The notes under the pieces were generated by a model that was not told the origin of the DNA, did not search any database, and worked only from the letters and a program-made list of their open reading frames with translations. The position numbers and the translations under genes are program-made. From contig OZ287752.1 of the NCBI GenBank assembly GCA_965649765.1, positions 83,328,001 to 83,392,000 on the forward strand: 64,000 nt of DNA, in the 5' to 3' direction. Origin of the DNA: Bispira polyomma. Lineage: Eukaryota. Positions 53,101 to 62,548 of the stretch are shown in pieces. The first letter of the stretch is position 1; the number at the start of each line of letters is the position of its first letter.

Positions 53101-53679
53101 GGCTAAAACAACAAGTCCCTTTTGGCAAATTATCTAAACTCCTTGAGAGAGATAAAGTGATCATCTATCTGGATAACGCAATGTCCATAAAACCCCAAAA
53201 AAGTCAAGATATTTACAGAATATAAGCTGTTTGTGAGAGCCATACTGGGATATATGCACCTGAGGTCAGGCCAATATGGCTCGAGGGCCGTCGGGTATAG
53301 GGTGCAGATATCCCAGTATGGCCCTCACAAACAGCTTATATTCTGTTTATTATATCCAAGCATTTTTCTTCATTTTTAATAAAGATACTCTTTGTTTGTG
53401 ATATGGCCTGCTGCAGTGATATGGCCCCCTGACTCCCGGGCTATATCAGGTTTTATGTTATGTAACCTGATCACATTTTAACCCAATAGGATCGCTGGAT
53501 TTGCCGCCAAGGTATAATAAATCTTGTTAGAGAATCGTAGGAAAGTTTAAAGTTAATAGAAGTTCAGATTCATACAGGTTCTAATGGTTGACTACTTTTT
53601 GATGTATATCACCAGAAAGTCATTGTGAGTTGCATTTTCACCTGTTTTTCACTTTTTATTTCAGACGCCGATAGTTTGA
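7981..53679 (+). CDS. robo: Roundabout (Robo) receptor, 5'-partial multi-exon gene (Ig2-5, FN3 x3, TM, cytoplasmic CC1/CC2); ~1550 aa encoded in window
   Basis: 25 GT-AG exons join in one open frame with matching phases. Diagnostic Robo motifs: [30 protein letters not shown] (Ig2), [15 protein letters not shown] (Ig5), [15 protein letters not shown] (FN1), PYATTTLL (CC1), [10 protein letters not shown] (CC2), [29 protein letters not shown]. Confidence 0.97.
8358..8468 (+). repeat. 38-bp tandem repeat x3 spanning a 3' splice site
   Basis: CATACATCTCACCTCTAATTACAG|GTACACAGTACTAA; AGs end at 8381, 8419 and 8457. Confidence 0.95.
8458..8588 (+). CDS. robo: Robo exon, Ig2 C-half ([40 protein letters not shown])
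   Basis: TACTAAC branch point then ttacag|; G|gtaagt donor; Ig DxGxYxC motif. Confidence 0.95.
8735..8819 (+). repeat. 41-bp tandem duplication ending at the 3' splice site
   Basis: acagtagattaaccttgagtaatgg at 8735 and 8776. Confidence 0.85.
8820..8958 (+). CDS. robo: Robo exon, Ig3 N-half ([10 protein letters not shown]...[28 protein letters not shown])
   Basis: ctaacag| acceptor, AG|gtaaga donor; phase 1 to 2. Confidence 0.95.
8927..9056 (+). repeat. Degenerate ~40-bp x3 repeat spanning a 5' splice site
   Basis: agaaggacgcatg..gtaagagat / agaagggcgcatg..gtacaagat / agaagagcatatg..gtaagagat. Confidence 0.7.
9351..9478 (+). CDS. robo: Robo exon, Ig3 C-half ([31 protein letters not shown]...)
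   Basis: tttttag| acceptor, T|gtaagt donor; lies within ORF 9322..9576. Confidence 0.95.
10664..11920 (+). repeat. 51-bp minisatellite (25 units, some 49-50 bp) spanning the 3' splice site of the Ig4 exon
   Basis: Unit ATTGTATACCTACTGTCTTGTTCCAG|CTYGTCCCTCATTCAGTATGTCTAT; the last unit is the real acceptor plus exon start (CTAAACCCTCATTCAGTGT). Confidence 0.97.
11903..12027 (+). CDS. robo: Robo exon, Ig4 N-half ([42 protein letters not shown])
   Basis: gttccag| acceptor at the last unit of the 51-bp array; AAT|gtaagg donor. Confidence 0.93.
12040..12262 (-). mobile_element. tRNA-derived SINE, near full length
   Basis: Homologous to 1-130 and 52063-52255; internally deleted relative at ~35500-35590. 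Confidence 0.82.
13891..13998 (+). CDS. robo: Robo exon, Ig4 middle ([36 protein letters not shown])
   Basis: tttcag| acceptor, CAG|gtagga donor; phase 0 to 0. Confidence 0.94.
14255..14504 (+). CDS. robo: Robo exon, Ig4 end and Ig5 N-part ([37 protein letters not shown]...GTLQIS)
   Basis: ctctctag| acceptor, G|gtgagt donor. Confidence 0.95.
17521..17632. mobile_element. ~110-bp palindromic MITE
   Basis: cagggcc...gggacttag...ctaagtccc...gaccctg; copies at 18600-18712 and 43052-43164. Confidence 0.75.
18020..18109 (+). CDS. robo: Robo exon, Ig5 C-part ([30 protein letters not shown])
   Basis: ttgtag| acceptor, G|gtcagc donor; phase 1 to 1. Confidence 0.94.
18333..18523 (+). CDS. robo: Robo exon, FN3-1 N-part ([27 protein letters not shown]...[12 protein letters not shown])
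   Basis: ttttag| acceptor, CAG|gtaagt donor. Confidence 0.95.
19126..19276 (+). repeat. 20-bp minisatellite, about 7 units
   Basis: GACTATAATGTTAGTCATAC-like units. Confidence 0.9.
19424..19574 (+). CDS. robo: Robo exon, FN3-1 C-part ([10 protein letters not shown]...[26 protein letters not shown])
   Basis: tttaaag| acceptor (weak AAG), G|gtgagt donor. Confidence 0.93.
19494..19742 (+). repeat. ~112-127-bp tandem duplication of exon 3' half plus donor site
   Basis: cctacat...ttagtcagggcccagaactc...actaccagaggtga at 19494 and 19606; third stub at 19733. Confidence 0.95.
19949..20076 (+). CDS. robo: Robo exon, FN3-2 N-part (...[15 protein letters not shown])
   Basis: tatcag| acceptor, GAG|gtatgt donor. 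Confidence 0.93.
20593..20884 (+). CDS. robo: Robo exon, FN3-2 C-part with His-rich insert ([10 protein letters not shown]...[36 protein letters not shown])
   Basis: cttttag| acceptor, T|gtaagt donor. Confidence 0.95.
21481..21677 (+). repeat. DIRS left inverted terminal repeat
   Basis: Reverse complement of 27245-27430 with about 6 substitutions and 1 indel; contains GCGCATGCGC and GGAAGT. Confidence 0.93.
24703..25010 (+). repeat. ~103-bp tandem triplication inside the DIRS RNase H region
   Basis: gtagctcatttgaac...ctttagagatgtgtctcctggtttggt...aactgcaaacagaccagttatgaatgat repeated three times. Confidence 0.88.
27096..27465 (+). repeat. DIRS internal complementary region (27096-27199) and right ITR (27245-27465)
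   Basis: ICR first half is complementary to the element's 5' end and second half to its 3' end, i.e. a copy of the circle junction; hallmark of DIRS1. Confidence 0.92.
27783..27898 (+). CDS. robo: Robo exon, FN3-3 N-part (LPAAAPENI...[21 protein letters not shown])
   Basis: ttttacag| acceptor, AAG|gtcagt donor. Confidence 0.94.
28401..28560 (+). CDS. robo: Robo exon, FN3-3 C-part (VLLYVNGSH...[25 protein letters not shown])
   Basis: ctctttag| acceptor, G|gtaagt donor; FN3 YxVxVxAxNxxGxG motif. Confidence 0.94.
28806..28976 (+). CDS. robo: Robo transmembrane exon ([34 protein letters not shown])
   Basis: ctgtag| acceptor, G|gtaagt donor; hydrophobic helix followed by basic stop-transfer residues; 171 nt, phase 1 to 1. 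Confidence 0.95.
29484..29514 (+). CDS. robo: Robo 31-nt juxtamembrane microexon ([11 protein letters not shown])
   Basis: Strong tttatctttcag| acceptor and AG|gtgagg donor; phase 1 to 2. Confidence 0.8.
32338..32402 (+). CDS. robo: Robo cytoplasmic exon A of putative mutually exclusive pair ([22 protein letters not shown])
   Basis: tatgtag| acceptor, G|gtaagg donor; 65 nt, phase 2 to 1, restores frame. Confidence 0.72.
33319..33425 (+). CDS. robo: Robo cytoplasmic exon B of putative mutually exclusive pair ([36 protein letters not shown])
   Basis: aacag| after a ~140-nt AG-free zone; T|gtaaga donor; 107 nt, phase 2 to 1; GC-elevated and open. Confidence 0.62.
33756..34110. mobile_element. 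MITE with TACCGAAATCATYCGCRGAAGCGCCC terminal inverted repeats
   Basis: 26-bp TIR pair with 2 mismatches, TA at both ends. Confidence 0.8.
36633..36848 (+). CDS. robo: Robo cytoplasmic exon with CC1 ([22 protein letters not shown])
   Basis: ttaacag| acceptor, G|gtgagt donor; CC1 consensus is TPYATT(Q)L. Confidence 0.93.
38006..38146 (+). CDS. robo: Robo cytoplasmic exon ([21 protein letters not shown]...SNA); tandem AAG/TAG acceptor (38003 or 38006)
   Basis: Poly-T tract then ccaagtag|; G|gtaagg donor; phase 1 to 1. Confidence 0.85.
40902..41024 (+). CDS. robo: Probable Robo cassette exon ([40 protein letters not shown])
   Basis: ctgtttag| acceptor, AAG|gtatat donor; 123 nt symmetric; GC-rich island in an AT-rich intron. 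Confidence 0.65.
43665..43876. mobile_element. MITE with TAGAGT...ACTCTA termini
   Basis: Long TIRs; second copy at 20894-21115, about 10 nt after a Robo donor. Confidence 0.72.
44138..44330. repeat. ~120-bp-period direct duplication, possibly a LINE RT remnant on the minus strand
   Basis: tttggccgggtcgattgct..caaccaat..ccttacatattatttccaacatgac occurs twice; minus translation [16 protein letters not shown] resembles the LINE RT L.K..DDWL.AID motif. Confidence 0.5.
45133..45290 (+). repeat. 29-bp tandem repeat ~140 bp upstream of the large exon
   Basis: TCTTCAGTTTACCCATTGATATCATTGTC; cttcag at 45161, 45206, 45235 and 45264. Confidence 0.88.
45433..46536 (+). CDS. robo: Robo large proline-rich cytoplasmic exon with CC2 ([14 protein letters not shown])
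   Basis: ctttcag| acceptor, G|gtgagc donor; 1104 nt; ORF 45408..46550. Confidence 0.93.
47626..47801. mobile_element. pogo/Tigger-type MITE (CAGTTGAACCCCTTTAAGT... family)
   Basis: TA-flanked TIRs; homologous copies at ~3007-3195, 5797-5962, ~30822-30925 and 57120-57294 share ctctacttaagcaggattt. Confidence 0.72.
48209..48400 (+). CDS. robo: Robo cytoplasmic exon (TWGSDNNS...[28 protein letters not shown])
   Basis: cttttcag| acceptor, G|gtaaag donor; matches the vertebrate ROBO1/2 [26 protein letters not shown] motif. Confidence 0.94.
48414..48651 (+). repeat. 41-bp minisatellite, about 6 units, starting 13 nt after a donor site
   Basis: TGTGAATACCAGGTCTGGTGCCTTGAGGTTTGAGTGGGGCT. Confidence 0.95.
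50394..50678 (+). CDS. robo: Robo cytoplasmic exon ([26 protein letters not shown]...)
   Basis: ctctctag| acceptor, G|gtgagt donor; RPTSPxSTDSN conserved motif. Confidence 0.93.
52063..52255 (+). mobile_element. tRNA-derived SINE
   Basis: tggttagaagtg A-box region, ggttcaaatcc B-box, gtgggaaagtttgtca..ggtcggtggttt core. Confidence 0.82.
52538..52686 (+). CDS. robo: Robo penultimate exon ([11 protein letters not shown]...[10 protein letters not shown]); triple TAG/TAG/CAG acceptor
   Basis: attttagtagcag acceptors; AAT|gtaagt donor; similar to the ROBO DILPYxRPTFP motif. Confidence 0.88.
52752..53130 (+). repeat. Dispersed ~370-bp repeat; second copy at ~61368-61730
   Basis: aaccatttagaaagtaaaccaatctggt...cttcaaaaggtacctttatattcg shared between the two loci. 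Confidence 0.85.
53215..53346. repeat. 46-bp-arm inverted repeat (2 mismatches, 40-nt loop), probably part of a palindromic non-autonomous transposon
   Basis: Arms at 53215-53260 and 53301-53346. Confidence 0.88.
53665..53679 (+). CDS. robo: Robo terminal coding exon (TPIV*), followed by a long AT-rich putative 3' UTR
   Basis: Strong tttttcactttttatttcag| acceptor; phase 0 gives ACG CCG ATA GTT TGA. Confidence 0.75.
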   Translation, partial: TPIV

Positions 53680-54999
53680 GTAGACTGGTAGCTCATTAAT
53701 GAAAGTAGAGACATCAGATAGAAGTAGACAAGACAAAAGAGGAAGACTATTTTAGAGAGAAAGTAGAATCTAGCCATATCTAGACAGGGGAGGGGGGGGG
53801 GAGCACAGGCTGTAGGAATCATCAGTAAAAGAATAAATGCATAATCAGAGGGTTTTGGTGGCAGTGTATCATACAAGTAGACATGTGTTCTAAAGACCTA
53901 AATCACATCTGTCGTTGTGGGTTTTTTTAAAACTGCCGCAAAATACTTCCAACAACCAAAGAAAGCAGAATTCCTTTTTCTATTTTATATAATAATATAT
54001 GGTGCAATATGATATCACATAGTTTGATGAAGTAGACCAGTTTTCTCAAGTGCTTATATGTATATTATGTTATATCGAATTTTTTTGTTCCCCCTCTACA
54101 TATTTAGTAAGAATGCTTTTTGTTGCTTCAAATGTAGTTGCACAGTTTTTGTCCTGGCGTGGGGACAGGAGACACAAGGTACTGAATATATAAGTATCTA
54201 TGTGTGTACTAGTCTGTATAGTACAAAGTACACTGAAGAGATGGAAATGTAATCACTGTAGCTATTATTGAAACCTACCCTTTTTTCACTTCATTTCTAC
54301 ATTTGTTAATAGTGGCGACTGTTATGTCTAACATTTATATATCCAAGCACAAACAAAATTTATTGGGTGTGTATAAAAATGGATGAAATATTATTATGTG
54401 AAGTCCTTATAGTAGAAAACCAAAAGCATAGTATTAGTTCTAGAAAAGGTGGTAATAGGGTGCTTTACAAAGGACAACAGCTGGCATGTATGATTTTCTA
54501 GAGACCAGATTTAGTGCAGGCAATATATGTAAATGCTATGATTTTAAAAACCCCACAAGAGTTAGTGAGGGTTTTGCTCAGTTAACTGAAGATTAAGGGC
54601 ATAGTAGTTCACGTAAGGATATCGAAGATTGTAGGAATCAGTTCATATTGTGAATTTCAAGTCAATATTGTCTTCCCTTTAAATTATGTACATCAAGTTA
54701 AAACGTAAATGTAGCTCATCCCTCTATAAGAGATTACCTGCAGTATTAGTCTCTGCACTTATTACACATCAAGCAATTATTTAAAGGTCACAAAAATTTG
54801 ACCTTTACAGAGGACAGAGGTCAAATGGGTTTAGCGTAGTTTATGTAGGTAGTAGTGTGGTATATGTTTGAGTTTGTCTTACAATGTTTTTTATACATTT
54901 CTATACTACTGTAAATACTTTTATTGCCACCCTCTGTGAAATAAATGGCCACTCTTGTAGTTTATAAAAAGAGGAATCGGTTACAGTGATACCCCTTCC

Positions 55000-55266
55000 T
55001 TAAAAAAGAAGGAGCCTTTCTCTTCACAATAAAGTGAAACAAACTCCCACACACGGTCAGATCACAGAATAAAATCACTTGTTTCAGAAGCCATCTGAAA
55101 ACTTGCCTTTTAAGACTAGCCTACCCCCCTCCTTAGTCACCCTTCCCTTGGTGGATTCTTTCTGGTAATGACCCTTTGCTTGCCCGTGGAATTACCCTTT
55201 TTTTTATATAAGCGCCTTAGAAATTTGACGCTCTATAAATGTTTCAATTAAATTAAAATAAAATAG
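55000..55266 (+). mobile_element. L2-clade LINE 3' end in the putative Robo 3' UTR
   Basis: Translates as *NKLPHTVRSQNKITCFRSHLKTCLLRLAY (L2 ORF2 C-terminus, WNxLP..F...LKT.L), followed by the aagcgccttag...cgctctataaat stem tail. Same tail on the minus strand at ~14765-14870 and ~20243-20322. Confidence 0.75.
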
Positions 55267-58200
55267 CATTCATATACTGGAAAGTGACTTAATTAGCCCC
55301 CCTCCCCAAATGTACACTGTGCATCTAGAGTTTGCATTAAAAATACAGGTGGCAAGGTGGCATTAGAAGCTATTTATAGTACGACTGACTGTGATGTTTA
55401 GGATTGTAGATAAAAACAGTTTTATAAAGAAGAAATGATCCTTGTGTGCTGAGCTGCTTTGAATATATTCAGTGAATATGTAAATACAGGTCGTCAAAAT
55501 CACTGATTGTAAAAGCTAACCATTCTTGTCAGACATTTTTAATTCAGTTTCTGAAAGCTACTTTCTACATATATACAGGTGTGATAGGATTATGTTAAAT
55601 AATAAAGTTTTTGTCTCTTTTTATGCCATATTAAATTTGCAACACATACATAAAACCAACTTGTAGAAAGGTTTGTGGATATTTTTCACACTGTGTCATT
55701 GTTCTAACAAGTCCTACATGTTTTATGTCGATTACAATAAATCAAAACCAATAATTGTGTGTTGTGTTAGAAAAGAAGACATTTTAAACCAGGATCGTAA
55801 CCAGGTGTATTTTTATGTAATTGTTAAAACATAATGTTCATTGATGACCTTTTCACCTGTTGTGGTATAAACTAGTGTACCAGGGGTAGAATTCTGGTAC
55901 TTTCTTTGTCACTTAAGATTTAATCCGTAAAAAGTTATGTATGATGATTAGAACTCTTTCCAGTCTATTAAACAAATTGTGTATGTATTTTACATCAAAG
56001 GAATTAAAACATTTGAGAGCACTATCTTTCACCAAAAACCTATAAATAAAATAATTATTACTTTTACTTTGTTGGCATTTTCATGTACAAAACATCTTAA
56101 AAGTGAGGTTTAAAATGTTTGGACCAGAAATTGGAATGGACTGGATTTTTTTCCAGTGACTATTAAGTGGAATTAATGCGCTCGTTACCTCTTCCAAATA
56201 GACTCAATCTGTAACCTGTGTGCTAAAACGTTTGCTATATAAATTTAGGAATCTGGAGTTTGTCGCCTGATATCTAAAGTTTGCCACAATGATAAAACTA
56301 TGGAAAACCAGAAGTAAAGATGGACAAAGTAACCAAAATTCTTGAATATAAAACTGCCACTATCATGTTCGTAATTTGACAAATATTAGGACCAAACTAG
56401 CATTTGTTCAGATATTAAAAGTGGCAAATTTTAGATACAGCGACTAATATAAGATAACTTAGTCTAAATATTTTCTGTTGACAGAAAGGCTGTGTCGTAT
56501 TTGTATTGACTATTTTCCGGTAACTGTCAAGGTGTGTTGTAGAATTGCACTGTATTACACTGGCATGTGTTAAGGATATGTTAGTCTGTACAAAATACCC
56601 ACATGTTTCAGTGTTTGAACAAAAATGGCCATTTTGATTTTGTTCGAGTATAATATATACCATATATGTGTGAAAGTATGTGTTTGTAATACATAGGACT
56701 TAATGCTGTACATATTACATATTAAGTTTCACTGACGATTTAATTTTGCTTATTTAATAAAGTGGCTGACTTTAATAGCAGGCTATCCATGGTCTTGTAT
56801 ATGATAAGTTTATGAAATTATCAAAACCACCAAAATAAATAGCATTGAATCTGTTGGCCCTTATAAAAAAAGAAAGCCAATTTAAATAGCAGTGAAATTC
56901 AATTGTTTACAGTCTATGTAGGCTCACTAACATAAGACAAGCCCTTCCAGAAGAGTAGGACCTTGAATGTTGAATGAACATCTATAGAACTACTGTCATT
57001 TCTGTAATATACGCCCCTGTGAGACTTTGCGTTTTTCCAAAAGCAGGGCTACTAATTAACAAAGCAATCTTGATCAGTGGCCGTTTAACATATTGTTAAA
57101 GTCATAGTAATATATGAAACAGTTGAACTAGAGTCGAACCTCAACGGATCAGGAATAATACCTCTACTTAAGCAGGATTTCCACCTAACAGGGTAGATTT
57201 AAAAAGAAAAGACCTTCAAGAGACTTTAAATTTGTCTCCACATAACAGGGAAAATGACTTAACGGAGTTCTTTCTACTTGAAGGGGTTTAACTGTATCTA
57301 CACAATTTCTTGATTTGTATGTTGACCTGCATTAACATACAATTATCTAATATAAGTCAGTATTTTATCATATGTTAACACTACCTGAAGAAGAGATGTA
57401 ACCTACTTCACACTGCCCAAAGAAGAAATGTAACAATGTCTCACCAGATTTTAATGGAGTACCTGCTTAACTATGGGGTACCTAGGGGGTATCTAATGAT
57501 CTGAAAATCTCTTTAAAGGGGGTGGGGGGGTTGTAATTAGGAGAGGGGGGGCTTCATTACAGAAGCTACAGTAGTTATATATAAATCTTTATTGTATGTT
57601 GAGAATTGGAAGTCGGAGACAGAAACAAAGCAAGTGTAGTTGCTTCATATATTTTATCAGATAGCAAATCTAATCATATGTCTTCTTATATTCAAGAGCA
57701 TAGTGTGTGTATGAAATGTACCATTTTTTTTAATCAAAAAGCTTGTTCTGTTGACACTTTAAAAAGGTCTTAATATATATATGTGTACACCTGATATATA
57801 TTTTATTAATTTTTATAGGCTTTTTTTGTATCATATTCAGTGACACACATTTTTACCAGAACAGGTGTATTATTTCTTTGAACTAGTCAGGTAGGAGTTT
57901 TTTTTAAGTGTGTATATATAGAACCTGTATGTGTATATCTATAAGGTAATATCAGCAGTACATCTGTGTGACAAATACAGTATATAAAAATATAAAGAAA
58001 ACAGATTTGATGATCACCAAAACTAACCTGCAGTTTTTAGCTTTTGAACATTTTCCTGCTAAATTGCAATTTTGGTCCTCGGTTGGTTCCTTTAGAGTGC
58101 GAATATATCCAGAAATTGAAATAGAACCTTTATCATCCAAAACCTCAATAGTCAATTTTATAAGCTGGTTTTTCTTTTTCATCTTTTTCCTATTGTTTTA

Positions 58201-60204
58201 CACGGAAATGTCTCTTCTATTTAGTGAACCTTCCATTATCTGAACAAAATCTGGCTGTCTCTAACAGAAGAATCTGCAGGAATTTTACAGTCAAACACAA
58301 AACAACTATCCAAACTGTCTTCTTTTTAATACTTACTGGCTGTGTTTTAAAATCTGTCTCATGAAATACCCGTATATTCCTCTTTTGTGTTGAAATCTTA
58401 AAACTTTTTTTACTAATAAGACAATACAGTGAATGCAATTAGCTGGGGGGGGGGGGGGGGTATTTTTGCAATTTAACAAAGTCAAAACTGTAATTAAAGA
58501 CATTGATTATCAATTTATCAGCTGTGTTTTTAGTTTGGCTGTTTTTTGCTAATTACCTGGTTTGAATGGCACGTACAGATTATGGAAGTTTGTCTTACAG
58601 GCGTGGATACACTTTAAAACAGAACAACTCACCTTGTCATGTGATATGTATATTTTACAATCTCTCTGTAATGTGTTGGACTTTTGTATAGGGTTATACA
58701 TATAATTGTGAGTAGTTTTTAGTGAGTGTAGAGATGGAAGGTCTGCCTGGCTTAGTGTATATACCCTCTATATAGTAGTATATGATTGTGTAGGGGGTTG
58801 ACATGTTAAAACAGTGTCATCACCCTCTGTGGTAGTGACACACATGTAGCAGCATTAACCCGAGATCCTAGCTCTCAGAAAGGTCTTAAAAGTCACATCA
58901 CAAAGTATAATGTGATGGATGATTTGTGTGGTACAAGACAAAAGCCTAAAACCTAGCTGTAGACTTGCGTTTTTCTCACTGAAAAAAAGCTCTTTATTAT
59001 GAAATGTATGGAAACCGAAGTCTGTTGTGTTTGAATTAAAACATTCAAATGCCTTGTTAAAGACATTTGCTAACTCCAGCTACTCGGCTAACATAGCTTG
59101 TAGAAAGCAGACTATAGGTTGGCCTTTTATGTATAGATCATGGACTAGATTGGTTTTATATTACAGTGTGCACAAAGTTATAGTAATGCAAGATTTGTAT
59201 TAATCATCAACCAATATTTTTTTTTCATATAAATTCATTTATTGAACTGTCATTAAATCATGTAAAATGTACGAGTTATAACAGAAGCACATTTCAACAA
59301 GTTTATGTTATTCATGTTTATATCACAGAGTAATATGTTGCCACAGCGATCTAAAAAAAAATCTTTGCAGTTTATAATGTATTGGCAATATATTTTTTCT
59401 AGCGGATCATGGCATCACTATCACCAGCATAGTTTTAAAACTCATCAGTACAAAAGTGATATTAGCCGTTTTTTTTTAAACTCGCACTTTATTGTATAGT
59501 TTTTAGGGTTGCATGTGAAAATAAATACAAAACCAAGAGAAATTCAGTTGTTTCTGTACTTAGTAATAAAAACCAGTAAGACACGTGTGAATATTATATA
59601 TTTATTTTGCTCTTATTTGTTATGGTTGGTAAAACTGTTGTATAAATGTATTTATTGTACTTGAACACAAAAAAAAAAGATGTTACACATATTAATATTG
59701 TACCTTCACAGTGTTGAAACAGTGTGAAAATAGAGACCCAATAAAAAAGGTGGTTCTTAATAGAGGCCTGTGTTTTACTTTGAAATCCTTAACTATGAAG
59801 AGGGATCACTTGTTTTTTTTTTATTAGCCATTGGTAAAAAGTATGGCTATAAAGGATACAAAAAGGGGGAATGTAATTGGGAACTAGGGACGGTAATCCT
59901 GCATCCACTACCACTTTGGGAACAATTTCAGCCAAATGGTGATGGCTATTGACAAATTTAGTCAACATAAAATACCAAATATCAAAAACCCCATTTGCTA
60001 CGTTAGTTTTATTTTTGCACTCCAACAATGCCTACTTTTTGGCTACCTGTTTACAAGTTGAAAGGAATGTTTTTTTCTTTAAAAGCCATGTACAATTATG
60101 AATAAGTATATAAGATTGATACAAAGCAAAACTTTTATTGGGGAAATGAACTTTGCAAAGTTAAAGCAAAACCAATTTACAACGTAAATACATATACCAA
60201 GTGA

Positions 60205-61066
60205 AACTAGACCTAGCGCATTGGAGAACCGATGCATATTTGTATCCACAAGAAAGATAACATCCTAGTTAGGAAGCACCCAAGCTATGGCTACCCTCAT
60301 CTGACCTTGAAGGAGGGGCCCAAGGTCAAATCCCACCATATAAAAATATTCTCTGCCCATAATTACCTATAAGTTGGTTTCACATTGGAAATCTGTAGGA
60401 CCAATAATAAGCCAGTTATAAGCACTTTTAAGTTTAGCTATTGTCATTTGACCTTAAAGGAGGAGCCCAACGTCAAACCAGACTACATCAGAAGACTCCC
60501 AGCCCATGATTACCTATAGGTCCCTTTTTATCTCAAAACTGTAGGACCAATAATAAGCGAGTTATAAGCACTGTTAAGTTTAACTACCCTCATCTGACCT
60601 TGATGGAGGGGCCCCAAGGTCAAAGTTGACCACATCAGAAGATTCCCAACCCATGATTACCTACAAGTTGGTTTCACAATGCAAACCTCTAGGACCAATA
60701 ATAAGAGAGTTATAAGGACTTTTAGGTTTTAATACCTTGTTTGACCTCGAATGAGGGGCCCAAGTTCAAACCTGACCACATCAGATTTCCCAGCCCATGA
60801 TTACCTATCAGTTGGTTTCACATTGCAAACCTCACTAGTAGAAAAAGGTAGATGATTTTCATGCCCATGGCGGCTATCTTGTTTCTCAGAATGAGGCTAA
60901 TTTTAGTCACAAAGAAGCTTACCTCCCAATAAAGATATCCTGCAAATTTGGTAAAGCTAGCTGGTCCAGTTTTCTGCTGAAAGTATTAACGGCGAAAATC
61001 TCTCTGCGGTGGTGGCGGCGTAGTGAACACTAAACCAAAGTATCCACCGGATTGGTGGTTACAATA
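60205..61066 (+). mobile_element. Helentron/HINE-like non-autonomous element carrying a ~147-bp tandem array (about 3.7 units)
   Basis: AACTAG start, subterminal ttgtatccac / gtggttacaa inverted pair, tgaccttga...aaggtcaaa units at ~60290, 60437, 60583 and 60731, GGC-rich microsatellite, 3' hairpin ccaccggattggtgg. Confidence 0.72.
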
Positions 61067-62204
61067 ACTGGATGTAATTTAGTCTGTTAAGCATAGAACC
61101 AGAAAACATGAACCACAATAAAGGAACAATGGGCATCACAGTCTAACCAGAAACTAATTACACTTGTTTACACGAGATTGTAATGCAAAACCCAAATTGG
61201 AATGTCTACAGTGATGTTACTATGATCCACATTTACAGAAGCTTAGCCATAACTTCTTCATGAACCAAATGTTCAAACACGAGAAGGAACAGATTATTTC
61301 CGCTTTCGAAAGATCTCCGAAACAACGGATCTATTTCCACTGAAAATCGCCAAAAAGAAAGAAGAGTAACCATTTAGAAAGTAAACCAATCTGGTAAGTT
61401 AACATGGAAACCTCCTTTTACCACTTACTTCACAAGGTGATGTATCCATTTCAAAATTGGAAACTGGGCATAATCAAAATTTAAAGATCTATCACTACAC
61501 TACAACATGTATTTAATACCAACCAGAAACATTACTTTGCTATTTGTGTCAAAAAGATAGTACTTCTGTACGAGACTTAAGTTTATTTTATTAACACGAA
61601 AGATTTTAAAGTGACCATTTACTCCTGAACCACTTTCTGACGTAACAGTTTTAAACCACCGTTTTCTTCAAAAGGTACCTTTATATTCGTATTGTGGGCT
61701 AAAACTACAATACCTCACTTTTAGCAAATCTTGTCGAGCACTATCCAAGACACTGACGATACATGTACTCTATAGAGATCTCTACTCTGACTAATGTTTT
61801 ATTGGAAGGAAAGGTTGACTGTACATTTCATGAACTACCATTAGCCATGTATGCTTTAAAAAGTCAACCCTATAGAAGTTTTTACATGCTGATTTAGTCC
61901 TTTAAACCAGTTGGCGGACATTTTTCTTTCTGAATTAAACCATGACCAACACTAATTTCAGTTTATCATTTACAACAACCGACTGGTCTATTGCGACAGA
62001 CAGTTCATTTATGGAGGAAAGACGTTGAGTGTAGTTGGTCTTCAGCAAATATACTGCCAATTTTCCCACATTGCATATGCCATATGAGCTGAGGATATGA
62101 AACCCTGACTGCAGAGGTGGGAGGCTAAGAGTGTGTTCTCCTCTATACCACCAGGGCTCACCCACATAACAAAACACAAAGTGACAGAACAATATCTCCT
62201 TTTA

Positions 62205-62515
62205 ACTATAATGTTAATGTTTTTACTTCTATAGCGCCACAATCAATGACCAGGCATCCTCTGTGGCGCATATCCTAGTAAGTGTGCAAAAGCATAGTCC
62301 GGTAGATGGAAAAGGTTCGTGATCAGAGATTTAGTAGTAACCATCAGATGAATGCTAGGGTGGGAAAGCGAGCTAATACAGATGTGTTTTGAGCTTTTTT
62401 CTAAAATCTGTGATGCTTGTCTCAGTCCGAAGACTGGTAGGGAGGCTATTCCACTCAGCAAGTGCTGCAACTAGGAATGATTTTGAACCAGCTGATTTTT
62501 TGGGTAGGAATACTA
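62205..62515 (-). mobile_element. L2-clade LINE 3' end
   Basis: Minus strand translates as GSKSFLVAALAEWNSLPTSLRTETSITDFRKKLKTHLY* (stop 62373-62375), followed by a gcgccaca...tgtggcgctata stem-loop tail. Confidence 0.82.
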
Positions 62516-62548
62516 TCAAGTATCTTGTGACTAAAACATTCCCCCACT

